Notes under the pieces: model-generated
What the model saw: the letters and a program-made list of their open reading frames with translations, nothing else
Database searches by the model: none
Told to the model about the DNA's origin: nothing
Made by a program: the position numbers and the translations under genes
Part shown: piece by piece, positions 25,507 through 33,531 of the stretch
How the letters are laid out: every line of letters starts with the position of its first letter
How positions within the stretch are numbered: position 1 is the stretch's first letter
From: a virus
Direction: 5' to 3' (one strand)
Length of the DNA stretch: 41,982 nt
IMG/VR virus record: IMGVR_UViG_3300048586_000061

Positions 25507-26031
25507 ATGAAGCAGACCGACGCCACGGGCATTACGGGGTTCGGTGTCGCTGTCCTCCGCGGACCCGACGGGGACATCAAGGACGTTCGCACGTTCAAGA
25601 ACCTCGTGACGGACAAGGGCGACCTCTACATCGCGCAGAAGATCATTACGGGCATCTCCCCGGCTTCGGCTTCGGCGCCGACCGCTGTGACCGGCATGAA
25701 GCTGGGCACGGGCACGACGGCGGCGTCGAAGGCCGGGTCGGGTGCCGCGCTGGTCACGTACATCAGTGGCAGCCAGAAGACGTTCACGACGGCGTACCCG
25801 ACGACCGAGGATCTCGGTTCCGGGCTCGGCGTGTGCGCGGTCTACAACTGCACGTGGGCTGCGGGCGTGGCGACGGCGTCCATCACGGAGGCCGTCATCG
25901 TCAACGACGCCGCCGTGAACGCGACGTCGACGGCGGCGAACACGATCGCGCGCGTGGTGTTCACGGCGATCACGAAGGCCGCGAGTGACACGCTCGAGAT
26001 CACCTGGAAGCACAAGGTTTTGGGCGCCTGA
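25507..26031 (+). CDS. Minor tail protein (putative, 174 aa)
   Basis: ATG after GGAAGGAA. Beta-rich. Position after the tape measure. Confidence 0.55.
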   Translation: MKQTDATGITGFGVAVLRGPDGDIKDVRTFKNLVTDKGDLYIAQKIITGISPASASAPTAVTGMKLGTGTTAASKAGSGAALVTYISGSQKTFTTAYPTTEDLGSGLGVCAVYNCTWAAGVATASITEAVIVNDAAVNATSTAANTIARVVFTAITKAASDTLEITWKHKVLGA

Positions 26032-26834
26032 TGGCCCGCACCTACACCTACAACGTGGGCGCGTCCGCTGGTGCCGCGCCCGAGGTTGCGGTGCCGGCGG
26101 GTTGGCGCGTCACGTTCGCGGACTACTTCGACGGCACCTCGGTGGACACGTCGAAGTGGAATGTCCGCAACGGTGACAAGTTGTCCTACGACTTGGCGAC
26201 GGTGCAGTCGGCGAACGCCCGCGTGACGGGCGGGAAGCTGTACCTCGACACCAAGGCTGAGGTTGTGTCGGGCCGCAACTACACGACGGCGTACATCGAC
26301 ACGATTGGGAAGTTCAGCCAGCGCGGTGGACGGTTCCAGGTTTACGCGAAGATCAACACCGTTCCCACCGTGTCGAAGGGTGTGTGGCCTGCGCCGCTGT
26401 GGCTGCGTGGCGACTCGTCCGGCATGGAGATCGACATTTGCGAGTCCTGGGGTACCGGGGCAGCGGGTCCGATCCTCGGGTGGCGTGAGGGCTCCTCGCA
26501 GGGCTCCATCCACCAGTCGACCTACGGCGGCGCCGGCAAGGTGTCCGGGTTCATGTCGAGCCCCGGCACGATCCTGTCGGACTCCTACCACCTGTACGAG
26601 TGCATTTGGGAGGCGGACGGGGCGAACCCGTATGTCTCGCTGCTGCTTGACGGTGTCGAGAAGGTCCGGGCGACGACGACGAACGCACCGTGGATCACCG
26701 GCTCGGACTTCGCGGGCGCGGTGAACCTGCGCGTGAACTGCCAGGTCGGCGGCTACTACGGCAACCCCGAAGCCGGGACCGAGTTCCCGACGTCCTGCCT
26801 CGTCGACTACATCAGGGTTCTCGAAAGGGTGTAA
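26031..26834 (+). CDS. Glycoside hydrolase family 16-like (beta-glucanase fold) tail-associated protein
   Basis: Catalytic signature EIDICE (ExDxxE) at 26427..26444. WPAPLWL, and the YHLYECIW and LVDYIRV strands typical of GH16. Confidence 0.7.
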   Translation: MARTYTYNVGASAGAAPEVAVPAGWRVTFADYFDGTSVDTSKWNVRNGDKLSYDLATVQSANARVTGGKLYLDTKAEVVSGRNYTTAYIDTIGKFSQRGGRFQVYAKINTVPTVSKGVWPAPLWLRGDSSGMEIDICESWGTGAAGPILGWREGSSQGSIHQSTYGGAGKVSGFMSSPGTILSDSYHLYECIWEADGANPYVSLLLDGVEKVRATTTNAPWITGSDFAGAVNLRVNCQVGGYYGNPEAGTEFPTSCLVDYIRVLERV

Positions 26835-26840
26835 CGCAGC

Positions 26841-28259
26841 ATGGCGATCGCGCACAGTTCGTCCACGACGTCGCAGACCGCCAACACCAACGTCAACACC
26901 TCCCTGTCGGTTACGGGCCTGTCGACGTCGTCGGCGAACCTGAACGTGGTTCACCTTGTCGGGTTCGCTGAGGGCACCGACGTCAACCCGACGATGACGA
27001 CCCCGTCCGGCTGGACGAAGCTCGGCGAAACCCTCGAGACGGGTGGCCTGTCGAACACGACATGGTCGGCGGTCTACTGGAAGTTCGGCAACGGCGCGAC
27101 GTCGCAGACGTTCTCGTGGTCGAACGCCGGGCAGATGGTCGCGGTCGCCTCGGTTTACACCGGGGTTGACGCAACCACGCCGATCCCTGACTACAACCTC
27201 GAAGTCAAGGGCACGACGAATACGTCGTACACGGTCAGCGTCACCACGACCGGTGCCGGCTGGATCGTGTCGGGGTTCGGCAACCGTTCTGGGCACACGT
27301 TCTCGGCGCTCGCTGACACGTCCCGCGGCACTGCGACCCTCACGTCGGCGTCGTCGATCGTTGTCCAGGACTCCGCGGCTGACGTGTCGTCGGGGTCGAT
27401 CACGCGCACCGCGACCGGTTCGGGCAGCACGGCCAACGGTGCCGAATGGGTTTTCCGGCTCATGCCGGACGCGGGTGGCGGCGGTGTCGCACACACGCTC
27501 ACCATCACTGACAGTGTCGGGCTCGCGGAGACTGGCGAGTCGGTCCTGGGTGTCATCGAGACGATCACCGACACGGTCGGCCTCACCGACTCCACGGTGC
27601 GCGTCCACACCCCGGGCAGCATCACCACCCCCACCACCGCCCCGGACTTCACGGCACTTATCGAGATCGCGTTCGACGACACCCCGCGCAGCTCCGCACC
27701 CGTCTACACCGACGTAGCGGAGTACGTGCGGGCGTCGTCGATCCCGTCGATGTCCCGCGGACGCAGCAACGAGTTCGACGCGCAGGCACAGGCCGGTCGG
27801 GCATCGCTCGAGTTCGTCAACACCGACGACGACCTCACCGTTGGGAACACGTCGTCACCGTTCGACCCGTTGCAGATCCGTCGCCCGTTCCGGGTGCGCC
27901 TCGCATACGGCGGGAACGTGTATCCCGTGTGGGCTGGGTATGTTGACTCGTGGGAGAACGGCCGCGACGAAACCACCGGCATCGTGCAGATGCAGGCATC
28001 TGACCGGCTCGCCCGCGCAGCATCCGTCCGGCTCAAGGGGCTCGTGTCCGCGGAGATCCTGGCCGACTCGCCGACCGCGTACTACCCGCTCAACGACGAC
28101 GGCGCATCCCTCACCGCAGGCGACCAGTCCACCGTCATCGGGAACCCGCCCATGAGCATCGGCGGCAACGAAGACAACGACGTCGCCTTCGGTGTCGGCG
28201 CCGCACCCGGACCTGACGCCGCGACCGTGGTCGCTTTCACGGTAGGCGGTGCGACGTGA
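26841..28259 (+). CDS. Minor tail protein: N-terminal extra domain, Dit (distal tail)-like domain, and the first strands of a LamG domain
   Basis: IEIAFDD...YTDVAEYVR...SRGRSNEFDAQAQAGRASLEFVNTDDDL...RPFRVRLAYGGNVYPVWAGYVDSW matches the actinophage Dit pattern. The tail YYPLNDDGASLTAGDQS... looks like the start of a LamG domain. Confidence 0.7.
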   Translation: MAIAHSSSTTSQTANTNVNTSLSVTGLSTSSANLNVVHLVGFAEGTDVNPTMTTPSGWTKLGETLETGGLSNTTWSAVYWKFGNGATSQTFSWSNAGQMVAVASVYTGVDATTPIPDYNLEVKGTTNTSYTVSVTTTGAGWIVSGFGNRSGHTFSALADTSRGTATLTSASSIVVQDSAADVSSGSITRTATGSGSTANGAEWVFRLMPDAGGGGVAHTLTITDSVGLAETGESVLGVIETITDTVGLTDSTVRVHTPGSITTPTTAPDFTALIEIAFDDTPRSSAPVYTDVAEYVRASSIPSMSRGRSNEFDAQAQAGRASLEFVNTDDDLTVGNTSSPFDPLQIRRPFRVRLAYGGNVYPVWAGYVDSWENGRDETTGIVQMQASDRLARAASVRLKGLVSAEILADSPTAYYPLNDDGASLTAGDQSTVIGNPPMSIGGNEDNDVAFGVGAAPGPDAATVVAFTVGGAT

Positions 28260-29536
28260 CGGCTGGTTCGTACCTGTCGGTGACGAGCCCCAGCGGCTTC
28301 GGGTTCACGACCGCTGAGGACGGATACACCGTCGAGGTGTTCTTCAAGGTGTGGGCACCCGACCAGCCGATCATGTCGGCGTCGTCACCGGGTGCGCCCG
28401 CTGGCTACCCGCCCGGACTGACGGTCGTTGTCGACGCGTCCGGGTACGTGGTCGCCTCGTTCATCGGCGGCAGCATCTCATCGGCTGTCGCACCCGAGCC
28501 CATCACCGTCGACGACGGCGAGTGGCATCACGCCGCCGTGTCGTTCGTCGGTGTCGGTGGCACCATCGTGTTCGAACTGATCGTGGATGGCGTGTACGTA
28601 ACGTCGTCGGCGTCGTCGGCTTCGCTGGTCCGCTTCGATGAACTGCGCGTCGGCGGGAACGGTACGACATCCGCTGACGGGCAGTTCGCCCACGCTGCCG
28701 TGTACGCGCCGGCCATCAACTGGGCGCGGGTCGCGGCCCACGCTGAGGCTGGCCTGACGTCGTTCGCGCGTGAGACGACGACGGATCGGTTCTCGCGGCT
28801 GTGTCGCACGGCTGGTATCCCGTCGACGATGCACGACGTCGACGGCACGGGCCTGTCGACGATGTGCGCTCAGCCCACCGCGGGGGTTGGCCTGCTCGAC
28901 CTCGTCCGCCAGTGCGCCGATGCGGAGAAGGGCGTCGCCTACGTGCGGTCCTCCGGTGTCCTCGCACTGGCCCCCAGGTCGGTGCGTTACGGCGCTGAGG
29001 TCGGGCTGACCCTGGACGCGCGCACACAGCTTGATGAGGCGTTCACCCTCACCACTGATGACGCGCTGCTGGTCAACGACGTTACGGCGTCACGACCCGG
29101 TGGGGCGACGATCCGGGTGACGGACAACGCGTCCATCGAGGCATACGACATTCACGACGACACGGTGACGCTGTACCTCGACTCCGATGAGCAGGTTGTG
29201 TCGGCGGCTGAGTGGACGGTGTTCACGGCGTCGCAGCCGCAGCCGCGTTGCACGTCGGTGACGGTCGACGCGGTCCAGTTCGGTGCGACGGGTGGCGACG
29301 TTGTTGCGCTGCTCGAAGCCGACATGGGGACGCGGCTGTCGATCACGAACCTGCCGTCGGACACGTGCGCCGACGGAACCCTCGACCTGTTCATCGAGGG
29401 CGTGTCGGTGCGCCTTGAGAAGCACGGCCCCGTATTCACGTTCACGACGTCCCCGGTGGGGGCGTCCGGTTCCGTCTGGATCATCGAAGACCCGGTATAC
29501 GGGGGCCTCGAAACAGGCGTCTGCATCGCGTTCTGA
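28256..29536 (+). CDS. Minor tail protein: remainder of the LamG domain plus the Dit C-terminal part
   Basis: GTGA overlap, -1 frame relative to the upstream ORF. YTVEVFFKVW...DGEWHHAAVSF...LIVDGVYV is LamG-like. ...TTTDRFSRLCRTAGIP... is typical of the Dit C-terminal region. Confidence 0.7.
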   Translation: MTAGSYLSVTSPSGFGFTTAEDGYTVEVFFKVWAPDQPIMSASSPGAPAGYPPGLTVVVDASGYVVASFIGGSISSAVAPEPITVDDGEWHHAAVSFVGVGGTIVFELIVDGVYVTSSASSASLVRFDELRVGGNGTTSADGQFAHAAVYAPAINWARVAAHAEAGLTSFARETTTDRFSRLCRTAGIPSTMHDVDGTGLSTMCAQPTAGVGLLDLVRQCADAEKGVAYVRSSGVLALAPRSVRYGAEVGLTLDARTQLDEAFTLTTDDALLVNDVTASRPGGATIRVTDNASIEAYDIHDDTVTLYLDSDEQVVSAAEWTVFTASQPQPRCTSVTVDAVQFGATGGDVVALLEADMGTRLSITNLPSDTCADGTLDLFIEGVSVRLEKHGPVFTFTTSPVGASGSVWIIEDPVYGGLETGVCIAF

Positions 29537-29560
29537 CCACACCAAAGTCGAGGAGACACC

Positions 29561-30118
29561 GTGGCATCCGTTCCCGTTCCGTACACCTGGGTTGCGGGGA
29601 ATGCTGGCGCCCCGACTGCCGCCGAACTGAACGGCGTCAACGGCCCCAAGGGCGTCGGCGACTTCCTGCTCGGCCCGCCGCGGTGCTTCGTCTACCAGAC
29701 GTCGGCGACGACGCTGGGCACATCCGGCACCTCCGGACTGATCCTGTGGGACACCCAGGTCGACAACACCGACAGCATCCACTCAACGTCCGTCAACCCG
29801 GGCAGGTTCACGGCAACCACCCCAGGCCGCTACCTGTTCACAGTGCAGCTCGCCTACGCGGTGAACAGCACCGGCAACCGGCAGCTCGACATCCGGAAGA
29901 ACAGCGGCGGCTCGTCCTCCGGTGGCACTGCCGTGTACGCCGGCCGCACTGGGGCTATCGCGTCCCTGGCGACGACACTGTCGATCTCCCTCGACGTGAC
30001 CCTCGCTGAGGATGACCACCTTGAGGTGTTCGGTACGCAGTCGTCTGGGGGTTCCCTGGCGACGTCGCCGGGCGTGTCGTTGACGTTCGCGCAGATGCGC
30101 TGGGTGGCGACGTCGTGA
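29561..30118 (+). CDS. C1q/TNF-like jelly-roll minor tail (receptor-binding) protein
   Basis: GTG after GAGGAG. ...RFTATTPGRYLFTVQLAY...LEVF pattern is common in actinophage C1q-like tail proteins. Confidence 0.55.
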   Translation: MASVPVPYTWVAGNAGAPTAAELNGVNGPKGVGDFLLGPPRCFVYQTSATTLGTSGTSGLILWDTQVDNTDSIHSTSVNPGRFTATTPGRYLFTVQLAYAVNSTGNRQLDIRKNSGGSSSGGTAVYAGRTGAIASLATTLSISLDVTLAEDDHLEVFGTQSSGGSLATSPGVSLTFAQMRWVATS

Positions 30119-30369
30119 CATCTGAACAGTTCCTTGGCCTCTGCGCCGTCATCATCGCCGCAGGGGGAGCCGTCGCTGTGATTCGGGCATACGTCCTCGC
30201 CCCCATCATCACGTTTGTTCGTCTGATTCAGAAGATGGCGGCCAACGTCGCGGACCTGCTTGACCGAATGGGCGAGGTTGAGCCAAAGGTCGACGCGATC
30301 ACGCAAGACATTGCGGAGATCAAGGGCGCGTTGCGTGCCACCGGGATCCTCCCCGACCACGAGGACTAG
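30115..30369 (+). CDS. Membrane protein (holin-like or lysis accessory)
   Basis: GTGA overlap. N-terminal TM segment LGLCAVIIAAGGAVAVI and a charged C-terminus. Confidence 0.5.
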   Translation: MTSEQFLGLCAVIIAAGGAVAVIRAYVLAPIITFVRLIQKMAANVADLLDRMGEVEPKVDAITQDIAEIKGALRATGILPDHED

Positions 30370-30399
30370 GCACGCGTGTGCTGGTGGAGGAGGCCGACT

Positions 30400-30546
30400 G
30401 TGCCCACCCCTGAGCCCGCACCGGAACACCCCAAGTCGTCAGGGATCCCCTGCGACACCTGCCACACCATCACGCACTGGTCCGAGCGCGGCGGCGTCCT
30501 GCTGTGCCCGGTGTGCGACTACCCCGAACGAAAGGCCACACCATGA
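30400..30546 (+). CDS. Small zinc-ribbon protein (48 aa)
   Basis: GTG at 30400 after GGAGGAGG. CDTC...CPVC. ATGA overlap with the next gene. Below the track cutoff. Confidence 0.45.
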   Translation: MPTPEPAPEHPKSSGIPCDTCHTITHWSERGGVLLCPVCDYPERKATP

Positions 30547-30806
30547 ACGACCTCTGGAACAACCTGCCCCCGCAGATCCGCACCATCATCAACGTCGCCC
30601 TCGGTGCGCTCCTCGCCTGGGCCGCCACCGACGGGCTCAAGGCGCTCGCCGAGGTTGACGCGCCCCCGCTCGTCCTGGCGCTCCTCGTCGGTGTCGCTAC
30701 CGCCGTCGTCCGCGCCCTCAACCCGCTCGACGCCGGCACCCCCGGCTACGGCATCGGCGCCGGCAACCCCGAGACTGTGGACGACGAGCCCGTCGGCGAC
30801 CACTGA
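30543..30806 (+). CDS. Holin (two TM segments)
   Basis: ATG at 30543. TM1 IINVALGALLAWAA and TM2 PLVLALLVGVATAVV. Immediately upstream of the endolysin. Confidence 0.6.
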   Translation: MNDLWNNLPPQIRTIINVALGALLAWAATDGLKALAEVDAPPLVLALLVGVATAVVRALNPLDAGTPGYGIGAGNPETVDDEPVGDH

Positions 30807-31453
30807 TGCGCGTCACCTACAAGGGCAAGACGTTCGACTCCCGCACGGTTGCCATGCTCCGCGAGGTCGAGAAGATCACCGGTCTTGACCTTCAGTTCAG
30901 CCAGGGCAGCTACAACGCCAACAACGTGTTTGCGTCCGGCGGCACCCACGCTGGCCCCGCTGTCGACGTCCGCACCGTGCCCATGAAGAACCGCCGACAG
31001 AAGCTCGCCGTGGTCAAGGCGATGCGTCGGGTCGGGTTCGCGGCATGGCTGCGTCCCTACGCACCCGGCGTCTGGGGCGAGCACATCCACGGCATCCCGA
31101 TTGGTGCGCCCGACCTGTCGTCCGCTGCGGCGTTCCAGGTGAAGGCGTACCGCAACGGACGCGACGGGCTCGCCGGCAACCGTCCCGACCCGCACGCCGC
31201 GATGGGTGTGGAGCCGACGACATGGGAGCGGTACAAGCGCAGCCTCAAGCCGACGAAGGGTCGGGCGACGGTGACCCACCCGGACGGTGCTGTTGTGCGC
31301 CGTGAACCGGGCGGGCATTCGAAGGCTGTGAAGCGCCGCGAGAAGGGCGAGACGTTCACTTACGTGGGCGTGAAGTACGTCAACGACGTTGCGTACCTGC
31401 GGACCCTGGCAGGCAACTACATCAGGAGTTCCCGCACCTCCCGCGGCGCATAG
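30806..31453 (+). CDS. Endolysin: LAS-type zinc peptidase domain plus C-terminal SH3-like wall-binding domain
   Basis: SGGTHAGPAVDV (H..D Zn ligands) and GEHIHG. The C-terminal segment GRATVTHPDGAVVRREPGG...YVGVKYVNDVAYLRT is SH3b-like. Confidence 0.7.
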   Translation: MRVTYKGKTFDSRTVAMLREVEKITGLDLQFSQGSYNANNVFASGGTHAGPAVDVRTVPMKNRRQKLAVVKAMRRVGFAAWLRPYAPGVWGEHIHGIPIGAPDLSSAAAFQVKAYRNGRDGLAGNRPDPHAAMGVEPTTWERYKRSLKPTKGRATVTHPDGAVVRREPGGHSKAVKRREKGETFTYVGVKYVNDVAYLRTLAGNYIRSSRTSRGA

Positions 31454-31463
31454 CCGTTGCGCC

Positions 31464-31487
31464 ATCTATCCCGCAAACGGGATAGAT
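31464..31487 (+). terminator. Hairpin (10-bp perfect stem, CAAA loop)
   Basis: ATCTATCCCG / CGGGATAGAT, directly after the endolysin stop. Confidence 0.5.
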
Positions 31488-31519
31488 CACGAAACCCCCG
31501 GTCGTGGTCGCCGGGTAGC

Positions 31520-31554
31520 CCGCAGCCCCCAGCCCTCGCGGTTGGGGGCTGCGG
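31520..31554 (+). terminator. Hairpin (12-bp perfect stem)
   Basis: CCGCAGCCCCCA (31520-31531) pairs with TGGGGGCTGCGG (31543-31554). Confidence 0.55.
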
Positions 31555-31597
31555 TGCGTCGACCACAGTCCGTCCGCGACCACCGGAAGGCACTCCC

Positions 31598-31849
31598 ATG
31601 TCCCTCGACGACCTTGCCACCCGCGAAGTAGGCCGCCGCCTCCCCCGCGAGTGCGCCGTCACCTACGCCTATCGCATCCTGCCCCCCGACCGCGCCGCAG
31701 TCCTCCGCCGCGCCGTCGAGAACAAGGGCGTCCGCGACATTGAGATCTATCGCAACCTGCTCCCTGAGATGCCACCCGGCGCCGACCCCGTGTCGGAGTT
31801 CTCTATCCGTCGCCACCGCAAGCCCGAGCACGTGTGCGGCACCGCGTGA
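31598..31849 (+). CDS. Hypothetical protein
   Basis: ATG at 31598 after GGAAGG. The upstream part of the track ORF spans the terminator hairpins. Confidence 0.55.
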   Translation: MSLDDLATREVGRRLPRECAVTYAYRILPPDRAAVLRRAVENKGVRDIEIYRNLLPEMPPGADPVSEFSIRRHRKPEHVCGTA

Positions 31850-32652
31850 GCCTCGACGACCTGGCCAAGCGCCAGCCCCCCGCCGGGCCGAAGGTGTTGC
31901 TGTTCGACCTTGAGCGGCTGCCCGGCGAGTTCACCCGCGACATCTGGGAACCCCGCGACCTCAAGTACCTCAACTACCTCCACCCCGACAAGTGGACCGT
32001 CATGCCCCGCACCCTCTGCGGCTCATGGCTCTGGTACGGGGAGAAGCGGCCCGGGTTCGTCGGCGCGTGGGAGAACCCCGACGACCCGTGGCACGTCGCC
32101 CGCACGTTCCGCGAGCTGCTGAACGAAGCCGACGTAGCTGTCGGGTTCAACTCCCGTCGCGCGGACCTGCCGTGGCTGCGGAAGGACTGGGCTGAGGCGC
32201 AGATCCCCGTGCCGCGACCGTTCAAGGACATCGACCTCTATCGCGTCGCAGCGTCCGCCCTGCACCTCGAGTCCAAGTCGCTGCGCTACCTGTGCGACTT
32301 CCTCGGCATCCCCAACAAGCAAGGCCACTACGACGCCGCCGAAGCCAAGCGGGCAGCCGCCGCCGACGGACCCGAGCGCCGCAAGTTGGTGCGCTACTCC
32401 AAGGCCGACTCGGTCATCATGGCGCCCGTCCTCGACCGGCTGCGACCCTACGTGCGCGGCGTCAACCTCGGGCTCTACCACATGGACGACCAGCAGCGAT
32501 GCGGCGCCTGCGGATCCGACGACCTCACGCCCGACGGCTGGGTCGCCTCGGGAACGGGGATCACCATGTACGCGGCCTATCGGTGCGTCTGCGGTACGCC
32601 GAACCAGTCCAACCACCGGAAGCACGCGACACGGATGAGGGTGGCCCGATGA
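31846..32652 (+). CDS. RNase H-fold (DnaQ-like) 3'-5' exonuclease with C-terminal zinc ribbon
   Basis: GTGA overlap. VLLFDLERLP (Exo I DxE), VAVGFNSRRADLPWL (Exo II), YSKADSV (Exo III-like), and CGACGS...CVCG at the C-terminus. Confidence 0.6.
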   Translation: MSLDDLAKRQPPAGPKVLLFDLERLPGEFTRDIWEPRDLKYLNYLHPDKWTVMPRTLCGSWLWYGEKRPGFVGAWENPDDPWHVARTFRELLNEADVAVGFNSRRADLPWLRKDWAEAQIPVPRPFKDIDLYRVAASALHLESKSLRYLCDFLGIPNKQGHYDAAEAKRAAAADGPERRKLVRYSKADSVIMAPVLDRLRPYVRGVNLGLYHMDDQQRCGACGSDDLTPDGWVASGTGITMYAAYRCVCGTPNQSNHRKHATRMRVAR

Positions 32653-32867
32653 GCAAGCCGCGAGCCTCGTACTACGTGCGGATGGGCGACTTGATCGTCT
32701 CCGCCACCTCAACCCTCGACGCACCCGACGCCCTCGACGAGCTGCGGGTACAGGTCAGCCGCGGGTTCGCTGAAGCCCTCGCCTGGACAGACCCCATCGA
32801 GGACGACGACGAAGCCGAAGTCGACCCCGGCACCGTCCCCACCACGGACCTGCCACCCATCGAATGA
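32649..32867 (+). CDS. Acidic hypothetical protein
   Basis: ATGA overlap. C-terminus DPIEDDDEAEVDPG. Confidence 0.55.
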   Translation: MSKPRASYYVRMGDLIVSATSTLDAPDALDELRVQVSRGFAEALAWTDPIEDDDEAEVDPGTVPTTDLPPIE

Positions 32868-32953
32868 CCATCCCCACCGGGTGGCTCGTCGTCGTGCAGT
32901 ACCTCGCCGGCCGCGACACCTACCCGCAACCGTTCACCGCACGACGACCCTGA
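32864..32953 (+). CDS. Very small ORF (29 aa), doubtful
   Basis: ATGA overlap only. Confidence 0.25.
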   Translation: MTIPTGWLVVVQYLAGRDTYPQPFTARRP

Positions 32954-32966
32954 GCCACCCCAGGAC

Positions 32967-33042
32967 GACGCCCCGCCTCGCGCGTGGCAGAACCATACCG
33001 TTTTCGATATGGTTCTGCCCTTTGCGCTTGAGGCGGGGCGTC
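32967..33042. terminator. Nested bidirectional terminator between convergent genes
   Basis: Outer stem GACGCCCCGCCTC (32967-32979) pairs with GAGGCGGGGCGTC (33030-33042). Inner stem GGCAGAACCATA (32986-32997) pairs with TATGGTTCTGCC (33008-33019), with a T-rich loop. Confidence 0.65.
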
Positions 33043-33051
33043 ATTGGCGTT

Positions 33052-33252
33052 TCAGGCCAGGTAGATCAGCGCCACCACAACAAGCAGCATGACCCCGATG
33101 GCCGCAACCTGCTTGATGATGCGCTTGTTAGTCGGCGGCACCAGCGACGGCGGCGGCTCCTCGACCGGGGCGTAATGCTCCGTCCACGCCGTGCCGTCCC
33201 AGTAGCGTTGCTGGCCGTTCTGGCTGGGATACCAGCCCGGTGCTGCACTCAT
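33052..33252 (-). CDS. DUF2510-type membrane protein (candidate prophage-expressed exclusion gene)
   Basis: PGWYPSQNGQQRYWDGTAWTEHY (DUF2510 signature) plus a C-terminal TM segment. ATG at 33252 is preceded by AAGGGGG. The TTG at 33270 in the track is less likely. Confidence 0.75.
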   Translation of the reverse strand: MSAAPGWYPSQNGQQRYWDGTAWTEHYAPVEEPPPSLVPPTNKRIIKQVAAIGVMLLVVVALIYLA

Positions 33253-33270
33253 GTTGCCCCCTTCGGTCAA

Positions 33271-33292
33271 TGGCTCACACTTTGGCTAACAC
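33271..33292 (+). repeat. Arm-type repeat pair, left of attP core
   Basis: TGGCTCACAC (33271-33280) and TGGCTAACAC (33283-33292). Confidence 0.5.
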
Positions 33293-33354
33293 GCAGCCTA
33301 GCCCTAGAAACCGTTGCGCGGGCGTTTCCCTACTGCGACTAGACGTTTCGTTCG

Positions 33355-33396
33355 TGCCCCCGGCAGGAATCGAACCTGCGACACACGGTTTAGGAA
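33355..33396 (-). other. attP core: 3' fragment of a tRNA (anticodon loop to acceptor end; reads as tRNA-Arg(CCT)-like)
   Basis: The minus strand reads TTCCTAA-ACCGT-GTGTC-GCAGG-TTCGATT-CCTGC-CGGGGGC-A. That gives a T-arm GCAGG/CCTGC with a TTCGATT loop and a 7-nt acceptor 3' strand. No matching 5' half is present, so this is not a functional tRNA. Confidence 0.65.
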
Positions 33397-33464
33397 ATCG
33401 GGCGTAAGCGGTACGCTGGAACCCGGTCCGTGCTCATCGTCGCAGGTCAGAGGCGGTACGAGCA

Positions 33465-33517
33465 TTGGCTGCATAGGCTACGGTGAGCCCGCATAGGCTA
33501 ACAAAATAGGCTCACAC
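33465..33517 (+). repeat. Arm-type repeat cluster, right of attP core
   Basis: GCATAGGCTA twice (33471, 33491), TAGGCTAACA (33494-33503), TAGGCTCACAC (33507-33517). Same motifs as on the left arm. Confidence 0.5.
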
Positions 33518-33531
33518 TCGGAGGGCACGGC

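Noticed and set aside
24144-27608. Long minus-strand ORFs (24144..25616 and 25842..27608) antisense to the tape measure, GH16 and Dit genes
   Set aside because: These are GC-driven open frames. The sense-strand products have recognisable motifs and coupled start/stop overlaps.
33340-33420. Intact tRNA gene
   Set aside because: Only the anticodon loop to the 3' acceptor end is tRNA-like. The sequence 5' of the loop cannot form the anticodon stem, D-arm or 5' acceptor strand. It is interpreted as an attP core.
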